Below are positions 40,893 to 49,411 of a stretch of 64,000 nucleotides of DNA, piece by piece. The position numbers and the translations under genes were made by a program. A model generated the notes under the pieces. The model saw only the letters and a program-made list of their open reading frames with translations. It was not told where the DNA came from and made no database searches. The stretch's first letter is position 1. Each line of letters opens with the position of its first letter. This DNA is from Candidatus Ozemobacteraceae bacterium (lineage in GTDB: Bacteria; Muiribacteriota; Ozemobacteria; Ozemobacterales; Ozemobacteraceae). The stretch is from assembly GCA_965140445.1 (NCBI GenBank), contig OZ223236.1, positions 3,392,001 through 3,456,000 on the forward strand, read 5' to 3'.

Positions 40893-41021
40893 GTCTAACG
40901 ACCAAGCTCAGCGGCCGCCGAGCGTTTTACAGCGAGGGAATTTCGGCGTTTTTGGAGGAAATCTTGTTTTGCACAAGATTTCTGACAAGCCGAAACGGTC
41001 CGCTGCAGCGCTTTGTTAGAC
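40893..41021 (-). repeat. attC, divergent type
   Basis: gtctaac..gctcagcgg..ccgctgcagc..gttagac. Confidence 0.85.
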
Positions 41022-41798
41022 ATTTTGCTTCGAAATCCTCTCAGCCATTTGTTTTGCAAACTCAGGAAAACCGTCAAGGCCAACGGAATCAAAAGCCTCT
41101 GCCCAACTAATCACATGATGTGTTTCACTGGATGTCTTTTTTGAAACCAAAAACATAAATTTGGTCTTAATTCCCAACAGTTCCTCCATCATGTATTTTT
41201 GAAGTTCGGTTTGCGTAACTTGGGATAGTTTTCGTGCAGTAAAAATTTCCTGATCATTGCGGGATGAGGGGTATTTACCTTCCTTCGATTCGTATTTTGC
41301 CTCAATACACAAGGCATTGTCTTTATCAATATGGATAACAATGTCTGGCTTAATGTTAAAGGACCATTTAAACATGCAAATCTTTTTGAAATCATCGTTA
41401 TCCGGGAAATTTTCAGAAAACTTTGTAATTGCCCAATTTCCAGGACTCTCCACATAGTTGGCGGAAGGTTTGCCGCTAACGCCAAATTTTCGGTTTAAAT
41501 CAACGAAAGGAAGATTAAGAATCTCTTGGATATCATTGATTTTTAAAAGGCCACCAATGATACGCTTTCTTGTATCATTCTCTTTTACATGGTACCAAAG
41601 GTCACGGATGAACGAGTATTCAAAATAAATTCCAAAATCAGGACCAAGGGTTGGTGTTTGAACTCCACACATCGCAAGAAATTTTAACGCATTCTCTGGT
41701 TTGCAAAGAGCTGAATACAAAATTGCAGCATAGTTTCTTTCTTCTCGGTTAATCTGGAAATAGTTTGGGTTAAGATTTGCTAGTTCTCGAATATTCAT
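41016..41798 (-). CDS. PD-(D/E)xK nuclease-like protein
   Basis: REERNY..KPDIVI..LCIEAK; stop in attC R''. Confidence 0.7.
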   Translation of the reverse strand: MNIRELANLNPNYFQINREERNYAAILYSALCKPENALKFLAMCGVQTPTLGPDFGIYFEYSFIRDLWYHVKENDTRKRIIGGLLKINDIQEILNLPFVDLNRKFGVSGKPSANYVESPGNWAITKFSENFPDNDDFKKICMFKWSFNIKPDIVIHIDKDNALCIEAKYESKEGKYPSSRNDQEIFTARKLSQVTQTELQKYMMEELLGIKTKFMFLVSKKTSSETHHVISWAEAFDSVGLDGFPEFAKQMAERISKQNV

Positions 41799-41812
41799 TG
41801 TTCCGCCTTAAT

Positions 41813-41861
41813 GTCTAACGCTTGTCGTGACCGACGTTCCGTGTCGAGGCGCTTGTTAGAC
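41813..41861 (-). repeat. mini attC site (49 nt)
   Basis: gtctaacgcttgtcgtgaccgacgttccgtgtcgaggcgcttgttagac; same junction as 27736. Confidence 0.8.
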
Positions 41862-41900
41862 TGCTAATCATTTTCGCTTCGAGTAATAATCTTCTTTAAT

Positions 41901-42416
41901 CTAAAATTCAATTTCCATCCCCTCAATCAACTTACCATTATTCTTTGATAGAATTAACGGTTTCCAATTTTCTTCTCCAAAAGGCTCATACCATTTGCCA
42001 ATAATATGGTCTCCCTCTATTTTTTCCAATTTAATTCCATCCCAAGAAATTCTCTTTGTTATCCAAATTAGCTGGTCATAAACTATTTTTGCAACACGCA
42101 AAGAATCAGTCAAAATTACGGATTTATTATCCTCAAAAATAAATTCTAGCTTTGAAAGAGTAGCTTGCAAAAGGTTTTCCTCAATTATTTTATTAATTTT
42201 TTCTTTTGGAAAAAAGAATTTCGGAAAAGCCTTTTTTAACGCATTGAATAAGATTTTGAAATCTTCATTACTCGTATAACTCGGAATCACAGCAATATCA
42301 AAGTCATTGAACCAAATACCTGAATCCAAAGCTTCATTAATGAATTCTTTAATTGTTTCTTTGGGAGAAGAACCAAATTCGATTTCAAAAAATACTTTGA
42401 ATAACTTTTCTTCCAT
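41901..42416 (-). CDS. cassette hypothetical protein
   Basis: 171-aa ORF; ends match (gttagactgc/gcagtctaac). Confidence 0.75.
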   Translation of the reverse strand: MEEKLFKVFFEIEFGSSPKETIKEFINEALDSGIWFNDFDIAVIPSYTSNEDFKILFNALKKAFPKFFFPKEKINKIIEENLLQATLSKLEFIFEDNKSVILTDSLRVAKIVYDQLIWITKRISWDGIKLEKIEGDHIIGKWYEPFGEENWKPLILSKNNGKLIEGMEIEF

Positions 42417-42443
42417 TTCTGTCCTTTTTTATCTTTTTATGCA

Positions 42444-42545
42444 GTCTAACGCCAGTCGTGACCGGAAAAACGAGACAGGCGCGGGTGTTGCGCAAGCAAG
42501 ACCTGTGATCCGGCCGGTTTTTCCGCGTCGACGCACTTGTTAGAT
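42444..42545 (-). repeat. attC type A
   Basis: Consensus type A palindrome. Confidence 0.93.
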
Positions 42546-42645
42546 TTTCTTTTATTCATTTTGATTCGGCATCACAAAATGGCAATAGTTAATGCAGTTT
42601 ACATATGGCCAAAATTTTAAATTTTTTATAAGCATTAATTCGTAA

Positions 42646-44034
42646 TTAAGAGTCTCTTTTGTATATCTCCTCATGAAAAAGTTCAATAAGATCTTTAGGG
42701 TCTAAACTGTCAAGTTCTTGTTTTGAAAAACCATTTAAGTAAGAATTAATTATATTTCTTAAATCAGTGTTCCTTGTCGCACAAAAGCAAAGAAGAGGGG
42801 AAATCCCACGGATTTTCATTGTATTGAAAATTTGTTCATCCATAGATCCATCAGGTTGATGTTTTGAGGTCTTTGTAAAAAATAAATGTCCGGTGATATG
42901 GCTAATTAAGTCATCAAACAAGTTATTGAAAGCATTGAGATCATGCATACTATCAGCAAGGACATTATTATGCCTGTATTTTTTTATGTCTTCCTTCGCT
43001 TGAAGTTCTAATTTAGAATTTCCAAGCTTAGAACTAGAATTAAAATAATGCAGCTTGTCACATCGATCTTGATAAATGATATTGAGAGAGGTATATTTTT
43101 TTACAATGTCATTAGGAACTGGCCCAATCATTTCGCCACTGCTATTGTAGAAATTGATGTGTGGCAAATGAGCGCCCACATGAGGCAAATCAATCCTCAA
43201 TTTATATGAATATTGCATTTCGATTTGATAGTAGATTGTAATTCGTGTTGTATTATGTTTGGCCTTTCTTTCCTCCGGTGGTATTTTGTATGAAATTGGG
43301 TTTGTTTCCAAAACAATTTTATGGATAACCGCATCTCTCATGTGGATTAAAATCCAATCAACTAATTTTTCAAGAGATTTTTTTTCAGCTGGTTTAAGAA
43401 AAGGAAAATCTAACACGCTAATGATAGCTTTTGTTAGAAACAGCATGTCGGCACAACATTTTAATTGTTCGGTTAAGTCCTTAAAAAAATTGCTTGGAAA
43501 ATTAGAGCCAGTCATTTTGAAAAAGATATGCATTTTCATATCTTCAAGAGTTTTGAGGAAGTAAGATGAAAGTGCATAATGGTTATTGTAGTTGAAAACT
43601 TTGTTCTCTTGGGCTTTGCGAACTAAATAGTTCATTATTCCGGTATTTATATTAATAAAGGAGCCTAACAATGAGTTAATATTGTTGATAAGTTCCTTTT
43701 CATCAGCCTTATCTTCAATGTCATTTAATATTCTATAAATGATGTTTTGAGAAATGTCGGTGGTAAAACAAATTGGTTGATTGTATTTTCTAAAATCTAT
43801 TTCTAATTTTCCTTGCTGACATTCAACTTCTACGGCAGGAACATTATTGTCTCTTAAACTAGTCCAAAGCAATTCTTTTTCATCTAGATCTGAAAATCCA
43901 ATCTCCTTAAGATATGATTCAAAATCTTTCTTGGTTACTCCATAACCATACGAGTAATGAAGAAATCTTATCAGTATCGATATCTCCGGAATTGTCTTAT
44001 TTAAAGCACTAATTACAAAGGTCTTTGGTTTCAA
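42646..44034 (-). CDS. hypothetical protein (462 aa), last gene of the four-gene block
   Basis: Long ORF; C-terminal half has LRIDLPH..LPHINF. Confidence 0.7.
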   Translation of the reverse strand: MKPKTFVISALNKTIPEISILIRFLHYSYGYGVTKKDFESYLKEIGFSDLDEKELLWTSLRDNNVPAVEVECQQGKLEIDFRKYNQPICFTTDISQNIIYRILNDIEDKADEKELINNINSLLGSFININTGIMNYLVRKAQENKVFNYNNHYALSSYFLKTLEDMKMHIFFKMTGSNFPSNFFKDLTEQLKCCADMLFLTKAIISVLDFPFLKPAEKKSLEKLVDWILIHMRDAVIHKIVLETNPISYKIPPEERKAKHNTTRITIYYQIEMQYSYKLRIDLPHVGAHLPHINFYNSSGEMIGPVPNDIVKKYTSLNIIYQDRCDKLHYFNSSSKLGNSKLELQAKEDIKKYRHNNVLADSMHDLNAFNNLFDDLISHITGHLFFTKTSKHQPDGSMDEQIFNTMKIRGISPLLCFCATRNTDLRNIINSYLNGFSKQELDSLDPKDLIELFHEEIYKRDS

Positions 44035-44059
44035 CTTCTCATTCCTCTTTTTTTTTTAT

Positions 44060-44180
44060 ATATAACATGGCTCGCGGCCATGAACGAAACATTGCCGAGT
44101 CCACAAACTCAAAAATTTACCAGAATAACAACGAGATTTTCGACACGAAATTCCACGGGTCTTGCAACTTGTTATTAGAT
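44060..44180 (-). repeat. degenerate attC
   Basis: atataac...gttattagata; attagata approximates the partner core tatctaac at 45114. Confidence 0.5.
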
Positions 44181-44186
44181 AGCATT

Positions 44187-45098
44187 TTAATTCCTAAATG
44201 GATCTCCGTTGAATCCAATTTCTGGCCATTCTTTTCGGGAGTCATGGAGAATCTGGCTAATACTTCTGACAATCCCGTTGAAGGAATCGTCTAATGACTT
44301 GTAGTCTACTTTGGCAAAATAAATGAAACCGTGAATTCTAGCAAGCAAGCTACTTGAGCTAGATGCGGTATCCACAAAGCATCCTGAGGATAAGAACTCA
44401 TTTGAAAACACATTGGAAAGAAATTCCCTGTAATCATTCTGTGTATCCACAAGAAAAACCGCAATCGTAGGCCTCAGGAGTTGGCATCGTCGGTAAAAAG
44501 ACTTTATCTTGCTGGGTTCAAGAACATTTTGAAGAGGATTTACTGCCCCGACAAGGTAGAGAGGTTTCTTACATTCAATCCATATTAATTTTGTTAAATC
44601 AAGGCCTCCCAGAACGTCATACTTTTGGCCATCAGGATCGTAGGGTTTTTCTGGATAAGGATATAAAACCTTGACATCCCGTTTAGTTTGAATCAACAAA
44701 CTCTCCAATGCCATTTGAACTACGCATTCAAACTCTGGTCCAAAATTTCCTTTTGGTCGTGGGAGAGTTAGATTATTGCAACTGTCTTCACAAAGAACTC
44801 TAAAATTTATTAGCTGAGTTGCTATCTCTTGTTGCTCCCTGGGCAAATCAGCAATTTTAATTGGGCCTAACGCAAACTCAACCTTTTTGAGAACTGAGAA
44901 AACATTTTCTCCTCTAGTTTTTAGTAAAGATCGAATTTTAGTTCTTTCCTGAGTATCATTGACTCCTTCAAAGAAATAGGTATCATTCCATCCAGAAGGC
45001 TCCTCAATACTTTTTGCTTTCTCAATTTTACAACCTCTTCGCCCAAGTGGCACCTCTGGGCCTAGACGAACCTGAGAAATAGATATCTGTGTTAACAT
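44187..45098 (-). CDS. PD-(D/E)xK restriction-endonuclease-fold protein
   Basis: GPEFE..KYDV..IWIECKK. Confidence 0.65.
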   Translation of the reverse strand: MLTQISISQVRLGPEVPLGRRGCKIEKAKSIEEPSGWNDTYFFEGVNDTQERTKIRSLLKTRGENVFSVLKKVEFALGPIKIADLPREQQEIATQLINFRVLCEDSCNNLTLPRPKGNFGPEFECVVQMALESLLIQTKRDVKVLYPYPEKPYDPDGQKYDVLGGLDLTKLIWIECKKPLYLVGAVNPLQNVLEPSKIKSFYRRCQLLRPTIAVFLVDTQNDYREFLSNVFSNEFLSSGCFVDTASSSSSLLARIHGFIYFAKVDYKSLDDSFNGIVRSISQILHDSRKEWPEIGFNGDPFRN

Positions 45099-45114
45099 TT
45101 TTTTATCCTTTGAT

Positions 45115-45205
45115 ATCTAACGCCAATCGCGGGTGACAATGATATGCGGTGCCGAAAGCAAGACGCTTGAGTAGCATCATTCTTCGTCTCGCCGATTTGT
45201 CAAAT
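45115..45205 (-). repeat. degenerate attC
   Basis: atctaacgccaatcgc..gcaagac..gccgatttgtcaaat. Confidence 0.6.
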
Positions 45206-46513
45206 TTCATTTAATTGCTCAATTAAGTAGTCTGCCTTTATTTCAGACAAAATTTTGTTTAATTCTTCGGGCGGAAGTGAATTTGTTTTTGAAACCTCCA
45301 AGACAAACAACCCAAATCCAATCGCTCCAATAAAATCTGCTTTTTTGGTAACAGGCATGCGAAGGATTTCAATGATATCTTCTTTGCTCAAATCTTGGAA
45401 AATTGGTATGACCATTTTTGTCATTATCTCGTTGGTTCGAGCCCAATTTTTTGAGCTAGACAAAATCTCCAGTACCTTAGCTCTTACCGGTTTAATAGCA
45501 ATTTTTGATGCAGTTACAACAGTAAGGTCATTTTCATCTAAGTTTGATATTCTGCCAGAAAAAGTCGCAGCAATATCTGGTTCCATTGACAGTGCGGAAA
45601 ATACCATGGAGACTTCTGTTATTGGCCCAACTCTTACGAACTCATTAATCTTAGCCTTGGCGGATTGATCCAAAAACGAGAGAAAATCGTTTACTTGCGC
45701 AAGCATTTTTATCAATAGTGGAAGGTCTGGGTCAGTTACTTGAAGAAATATCTTGGGTAACCTTGCGCAAATGTGACCGCTTGCTTCCGAATGATGTAAC
45801 CTTATTATACAGTTCATTGCCGTGGAGACACCTGAGTGATTTTTTAGTCTTGACTGCGGATCAATAAAACCAAATAAGAGGCCATCTAGCGCGGCCCTTA
45901 TAAAACCAGGGGTTGGAGAATGCATTCCCAAATTTTGTATTATGGGCATTGCCATCTCCACTTCAAGTGGAAAGTAGTTTGAAGAGACAGTAACAAGAAA
46001 ATTTTCCAATGCTGCTTTTCCAAAAATTGGGGGTCTTGAAAGGACAAAAGAAATTGCATTACGAATATGATGTTTCGCGATCTCAGGGGTTGGGTTGTAT
46101 GGTTCTCTTTGGCGGTGAAAAGAGGGGTGTGCGCACTTGTTTCTATCTTCCCTAATTCTGAGTAACTCAGCGTATTCCACCGCGTCAAAGTAATTAAACT
46201 CGGTTTTAAAAATTTCAAGAATATTTCTCTCAAACTCAAGACTATTGGCAATCCCCTTTGAATTTCCCTGGTCAATTTGAGTAAGGAAATTATTAAAGTC
46301 TTGCTCCATTTTTTGGGCTTTTGGTTCGCCGGCCAAGGATATTTCTCTGATTTTCTCAATAAGGTCAAAAACAATGGCGACCCATGTAAGAACAATTGCT
46401 GACCGGTACAGGCCGCGATGATAGCCAGCAATAGCTTCATTCATATGTGTTCTTCCCATGCTTGTAAGACATTGCAATGCCAAAGTTTCAAGATCTAAGA
46501 TTTGTAAGCTCAT
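45200..46513 (-). CDS. HEPN-motif protein with helical C-terminus
   Basis: EAI..Y..GLYRSAIV..W and Rx4H motif RNKCAH. Confidence 0.7.
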   Translation of the reverse strand: MSLQILDLETLALQCLTSMGRTHMNEAIAGYHRGLYRSAIVLTWVAIVFDLIEKIREISLAGEPKAQKMEQDFNNFLTQIDQGNSKGIANSLEFERNILEIFKTEFNYFDAVEYAELLRIREDRNKCAHPSFHRQREPYNPTPEIAKHHIRNAISFVLSRPPIFGKAALENFLVTVSSNYFPLEVEMAMPIIQNLGMHSPTPGFIRAALDGLLFGFIDPQSRLKNHSGVSTAMNCIIRLHHSEASGHICARLPKIFLQVTDPDLPLLIKMLAQVNDFLSFLDQSAKAKINEFVRVGPITEVSMVFSALSMEPDIAATFSGRISNLDENDLTVVTASKIAIKPVRAKVLEILSSSKNWARTNEIMTKMVIPIFQDLSKEDIIEILRMPVTKKADFIGAIGFGLFVLEVSKTNSLPPEELNKILSEIKADYLIEQLNEI

Positions 46514-46529
46514 TTATCTCTCCTGTGAA

Positions 46530-46611
46530 ATCTACCGTTCTTCGTTATAAAATAAGGAGTGGTGGCAAGGTGGTTTGCTTTAGAAAGGCACCGAAACCAC
46601 TTGGCTAAATT
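46530..46611 (-). repeat. degenerate attC
   Basis: aatctacc (for aatctaac)...cacttggctaaattt (for cacttgttagattt). Confidence 0.5.
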
Positions 46612-47726
46612 TTCTTTTTTGATAAAAACCAACCAATTTGATCTAGCGTGAGAATTATGGTTACTGCTCCCCTTTTGTTGAATGACTGAATTGGAACCTC
46701 GCCATGCGCTACAGAATGTCTTGATAGTGGAATCGGCTTGTTTGGGGTAAATGAAGAAAAATAGACTTTTTCAAGAAATAAAGCAAACTTCTCTGGAATC
46801 AAGAGGGAACCACCATCTTCTGAATTTCGCAAAAGACTCTGAATAAGGTTCTTTTCGCTTGCGCCTTTTCCAGTCATGCCTTTTCTATGGAAATTTCTTA
46901 ATATTCCCTCAATTCTGGGGTAAAGAATAGAACAGCAGCTAATGTAGTCTTTCTTTGAAAACCGGTCAAGTGCGCGATGTAAAGAGACATACTCTTTCCG
47001 GTCACTATACCATTTCTTCCACCGCTCGCGGAAATTTGAAAGGGACGCAAGTATTACTTCTTCAAATTCGCAAAACAATGAGTCAATTCGCCAATTATTG
47101 CGAATATAATTAAGAAATTTTTGGCGTTTGGCAACAGAAAGGGCTGTAAACGGGAAAAATTTCTTTCTCAAAATTTTTGTCCACTCTTTTTCGGAGATTT
47201 GTAAAACACTTTGAAAATTTAAGTATGCAAAATATTTTCCAAGTAGAACTCCAACATCATAGGTTCTTTCTGCCCCCTTTGGTGCCAGTGGGGCAAAATC
47301 AAAAAACACACCTTTTCGCCAACCGGATGAAAAAAGGTAAATTATGCCAACGGAATTAGATATCTGGAGTCCATCAAAATCTATGCGCTCAATTGAGGCA
47401 ACATCGTCTATTAACACATTTTCGCCCGCTTTTATAGACCTTTTTGGCCTAATTTGTGCTTTTACTGCAATTTCATTTATGAAAACCTTTGCCTTTTTAT
47501 CTTTTGAAATAATTGCCAATAAGTTGTCGACTTGAGAAGGCAAAACTTTCTCTTCTGGGGCCATTGCGAGTAATTGGCTCGGGAAACTTTCGAGGATTCT
47601 AATGAAATCATCTCCGTCTTCGGAAGAAGAAAAGTGTTTTACTATTATCTCTGCAGTTTGCCCTTCTTTCGTTGATGACGCAGCATAACCGCACGGGAGT
47701 TCTGAAAGTTCAAGTTCATATTTCAT
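46605..47726 (-). CDS. protein with C-terminal HEPN-like domain
   Basis: DYISCCSILYPRIEGILR..LSRHSVAHG (Rx4H). Confidence 0.7.
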   Translation of the reverse strand: MKYELELSELPCGYAASSTKEGQTAEIIVKHFSSSEDGDDFIRILESFPSQLLAMAPEEKVLPSQVDNLLAIISKDKKAKVFINEIAVKAQIRPKRSIKAGENVLIDDVASIERIDFDGLQISNSVGIIYLFSSGWRKGVFFDFAPLAPKGAERTYDVGVLLGKYFAYLNFQSVLQISEKEWTKILRKKFFPFTALSVAKRQKFLNYIRNNWRIDSLFCEFEEVILASLSNFRERWKKWYSDRKEYVSLHRALDRFSKKDYISCCSILYPRIEGILRNFHRKGMTGKGASEKNLIQSLLRNSEDGGSLLIPEKFALFLEKVYFSSFTPNKPIPLSRHSVAHGEVPIQSFNKRGAVTIILTLDQIGWFLSKKKI

Positions 47727-47739
47727 TCTTTTATTCCAA

Positions 47740-47842
47740 ATCTAACGCCTGTCGTGACCGGAAAAACGAGACGGGCGCGGGTGTTGCGCAAGCAAGACTC
47801 GTGATCCGGCCGTTTTTTTCCGCGTCGACGCACTTGTTACCG
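47740..47842 (-). repeat. attC type A
   Basis: Consensus type A palindrome ending gttaccg. Confidence 0.93.
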
Positions 47843-47949
47843 CTTTTGAATTCATTATTGATCAGTGTTTGGGTCGGTTTGATCTTTTTTGTCTCTTCAT
47901 CTCTTTTGGGGTTCAGTTGTCTTCATTCTTTTATCTGTTGACTGAAAAA

Positions 47950-47979
47950 ATCATACTTTGAATTGATTAACTCAGTCGA
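47950..47979 (-). promoter_or_regulatory. candidate sigma70 promoter TCGACT-N18-TATGAT in a copy of the gene-less cassette module (47836-47981)
   Basis: Hexamers and spacing identical in three copies while the spacer varies; points toward the four-gene block. Confidence 0.5.
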
Positions 47980-48307
47980 TATAATTCACTTGTTGACCTT
48001 TGGTTGCGTAGCCGACGACCCTGTATCCTTTTTCTGTTCGTTCTCCAGGAAGGTGGATTCGTTTAAGGGCGTCGTACACTGCGGCGTCTTGTTCCTGAGA
48101 TGTGATTTCAATTTCGACCCACTCGATAGATTTATATCCTCCATTTCGAAAATGATAGAGCCATTCTCCATCCCAATTCGGTATGAATCCCGTTTCGACA
48201 TCTTTTGTACGCCACATAGGGCGAAGTTTGCCGAGTGAATACATCGCTAATCGGAGTTCATCCCATTTGGTATCATTCATCACTGGTATTAGTTCCAATT
48301 CTTCCAT
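47972..48307 (-). CDS. hypothetical protein (DUF6678-like)
   Basis: MNDTKWDELR..WDGEW.YHF..YKSIEWVEI. Confidence 0.75.
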   Translation of the reverse strand: MEELELIPVMNDTKWDELRLAMYSLGKLRPMWRTKDVETGFIPNWDGEWLYHFRNGGYKSIEWVEIEITSQEQDAAVYDALKRIHLPGERTEKGYRVVGYATKGQQVNYID

Positions 48308-48315
48308 TTCCTTTC

Positions 48316-48412
48316 AACCCCAGCCTGCCGTGAGGTGGAAATGAGGGGCAGACGCAGGGGGTTGCGCGGCAAGACCTGTGAATGGTCTCCCTTGCTAAAG
48401 ATCTTGCTACCG
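48316..48412 (-). repeat. degenerate type A attC
   Basis: gcctgccgtga..gttgcgcggcaagacctgtga..cttgctaccg. Confidence 0.7.
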
Positions 48413-48567
48413 CTTTTGAATTCATTATTGGTATTTTGGTTGTTCTGGCTGTTTGTCTCGTCATCTTCTCTTGGAGTATAATTGTATTCATTTTTAATCT
48501 GTTGACTGAGAAAATCATACTTTGAATTGATTAACTCAGTCGATAAATTTAATTTTGTTGCGGTAAC
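48406..48567 (-). other. gene-less cassette with candidate promoter
   Basis: About 160 bp bounded by gctaccgc and gcggtaac; TCGACT-N18-TATGAT at 48543-48514; near-duplicate at 47836-47981. Confidence 0.75.
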
Positions 48568-48662
48568 GTCTGTCGTGACCGGAAAAACGAGACGGGCGCG
48601 GGTGTTGCGTAAGCAAGACCCGTGATCCGGCCGGTTTTTCCGCGTCGACGCACTTGTTATAC
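48561..48662 (-). repeat. attC type A
   Basis: Consensus type A palindrome. Confidence 0.95.
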
Positions 48663-48668
48663 CCGATT

Positions 48669-49037
48669 TTATTCATTTCCATCCCAAATTCTTATTTGAA
48701 ATCCTTTGAATAGATACGGTTTGCGAAATTCTTTTTTAGTTTTGACAATGTATGCGATTTGTCCGCCATGATAATTACCAATTTCAATATTCTCCAATGG
48801 AACACCATATAATTCTGAAATTTCTTTTTTTGTTTCTTCAATCAAACTTTGAAACCCCGGGCTCTCTCTGGAACAATTTTTAAAAATATTAAGTTCTGAT
48901 GGGGAAAAGGCGTTTTCTATCTCCGAGTTTAACTCAATCTTGTATAGCTCCATATCTATTTCAAGCCATGTTTGAATAGGCTTCAAGAACTTTACAAATA
49001 TTTCATTTTTGTTTCGTTCAATCTCAAAAGCTGGCAC
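48669..49037 (-). CDS. cassette hypothetical protein
   Basis: AAGGA RBS and GTG at 49037 inside the cassette; the longer ORF-track call crosses an attC. Confidence 0.7.
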   Translation of the reverse strand: MPAFEIERNKNEIFVKFLKPIQTWLEIDMELYKIELNSEIENAFSPSELNIFKNCSRESPGFQSLIEETKKEISELYGVPLENIEIGNYHGGQIAYIVKTKKEFRKPYLFKGFQIRIWDGNE

Positions 49038-49063
49038 GTTATCGTATTTCCTTTTATTTTGGG

Positions 49064-49165
49064 GTATAACGCCTGTCGTGACCGGAAAAAGCCAAGATGG
49101 CACGGGGGTTGCTCCGCAAGCCCCGTGAACAGCGGCTATTTTCCGAGTCGACGCACTTGTTAGAG
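49064..49165 (-). repeat. attC type A'
   Basis: Near-identical to the site at 39077. Confidence 0.92.
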
Positions 49166-49346
49166 ATGATTTTTTTTTATTTCTATTAAAAGCTTTTGTA
49201 AACAATTCATATTTTAACTCATCCCGATTAGACATTCCGACATTAATTTTGTATTCGTTGGCTCTGGAAAAGCACCCCAGAATCACAATGGCATAAAAAT
49301 TGTCCAGGTATCTGCCTAATTTTTTGCAATTTTTATGAGCAAAGCT
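49159..49346. repeat. conserved non-coding cassette-tail element, copy 2
   Basis: Inverted-repeat arms at 49292-49302 and 49327-49337. Confidence 0.85.
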
Positions 49347-49411
49347 GTAATAGAAACATTCTTATGAAAACAAAACAACAAAACTTTAGTCATCTTACAA
49401 ATATAATTCCT

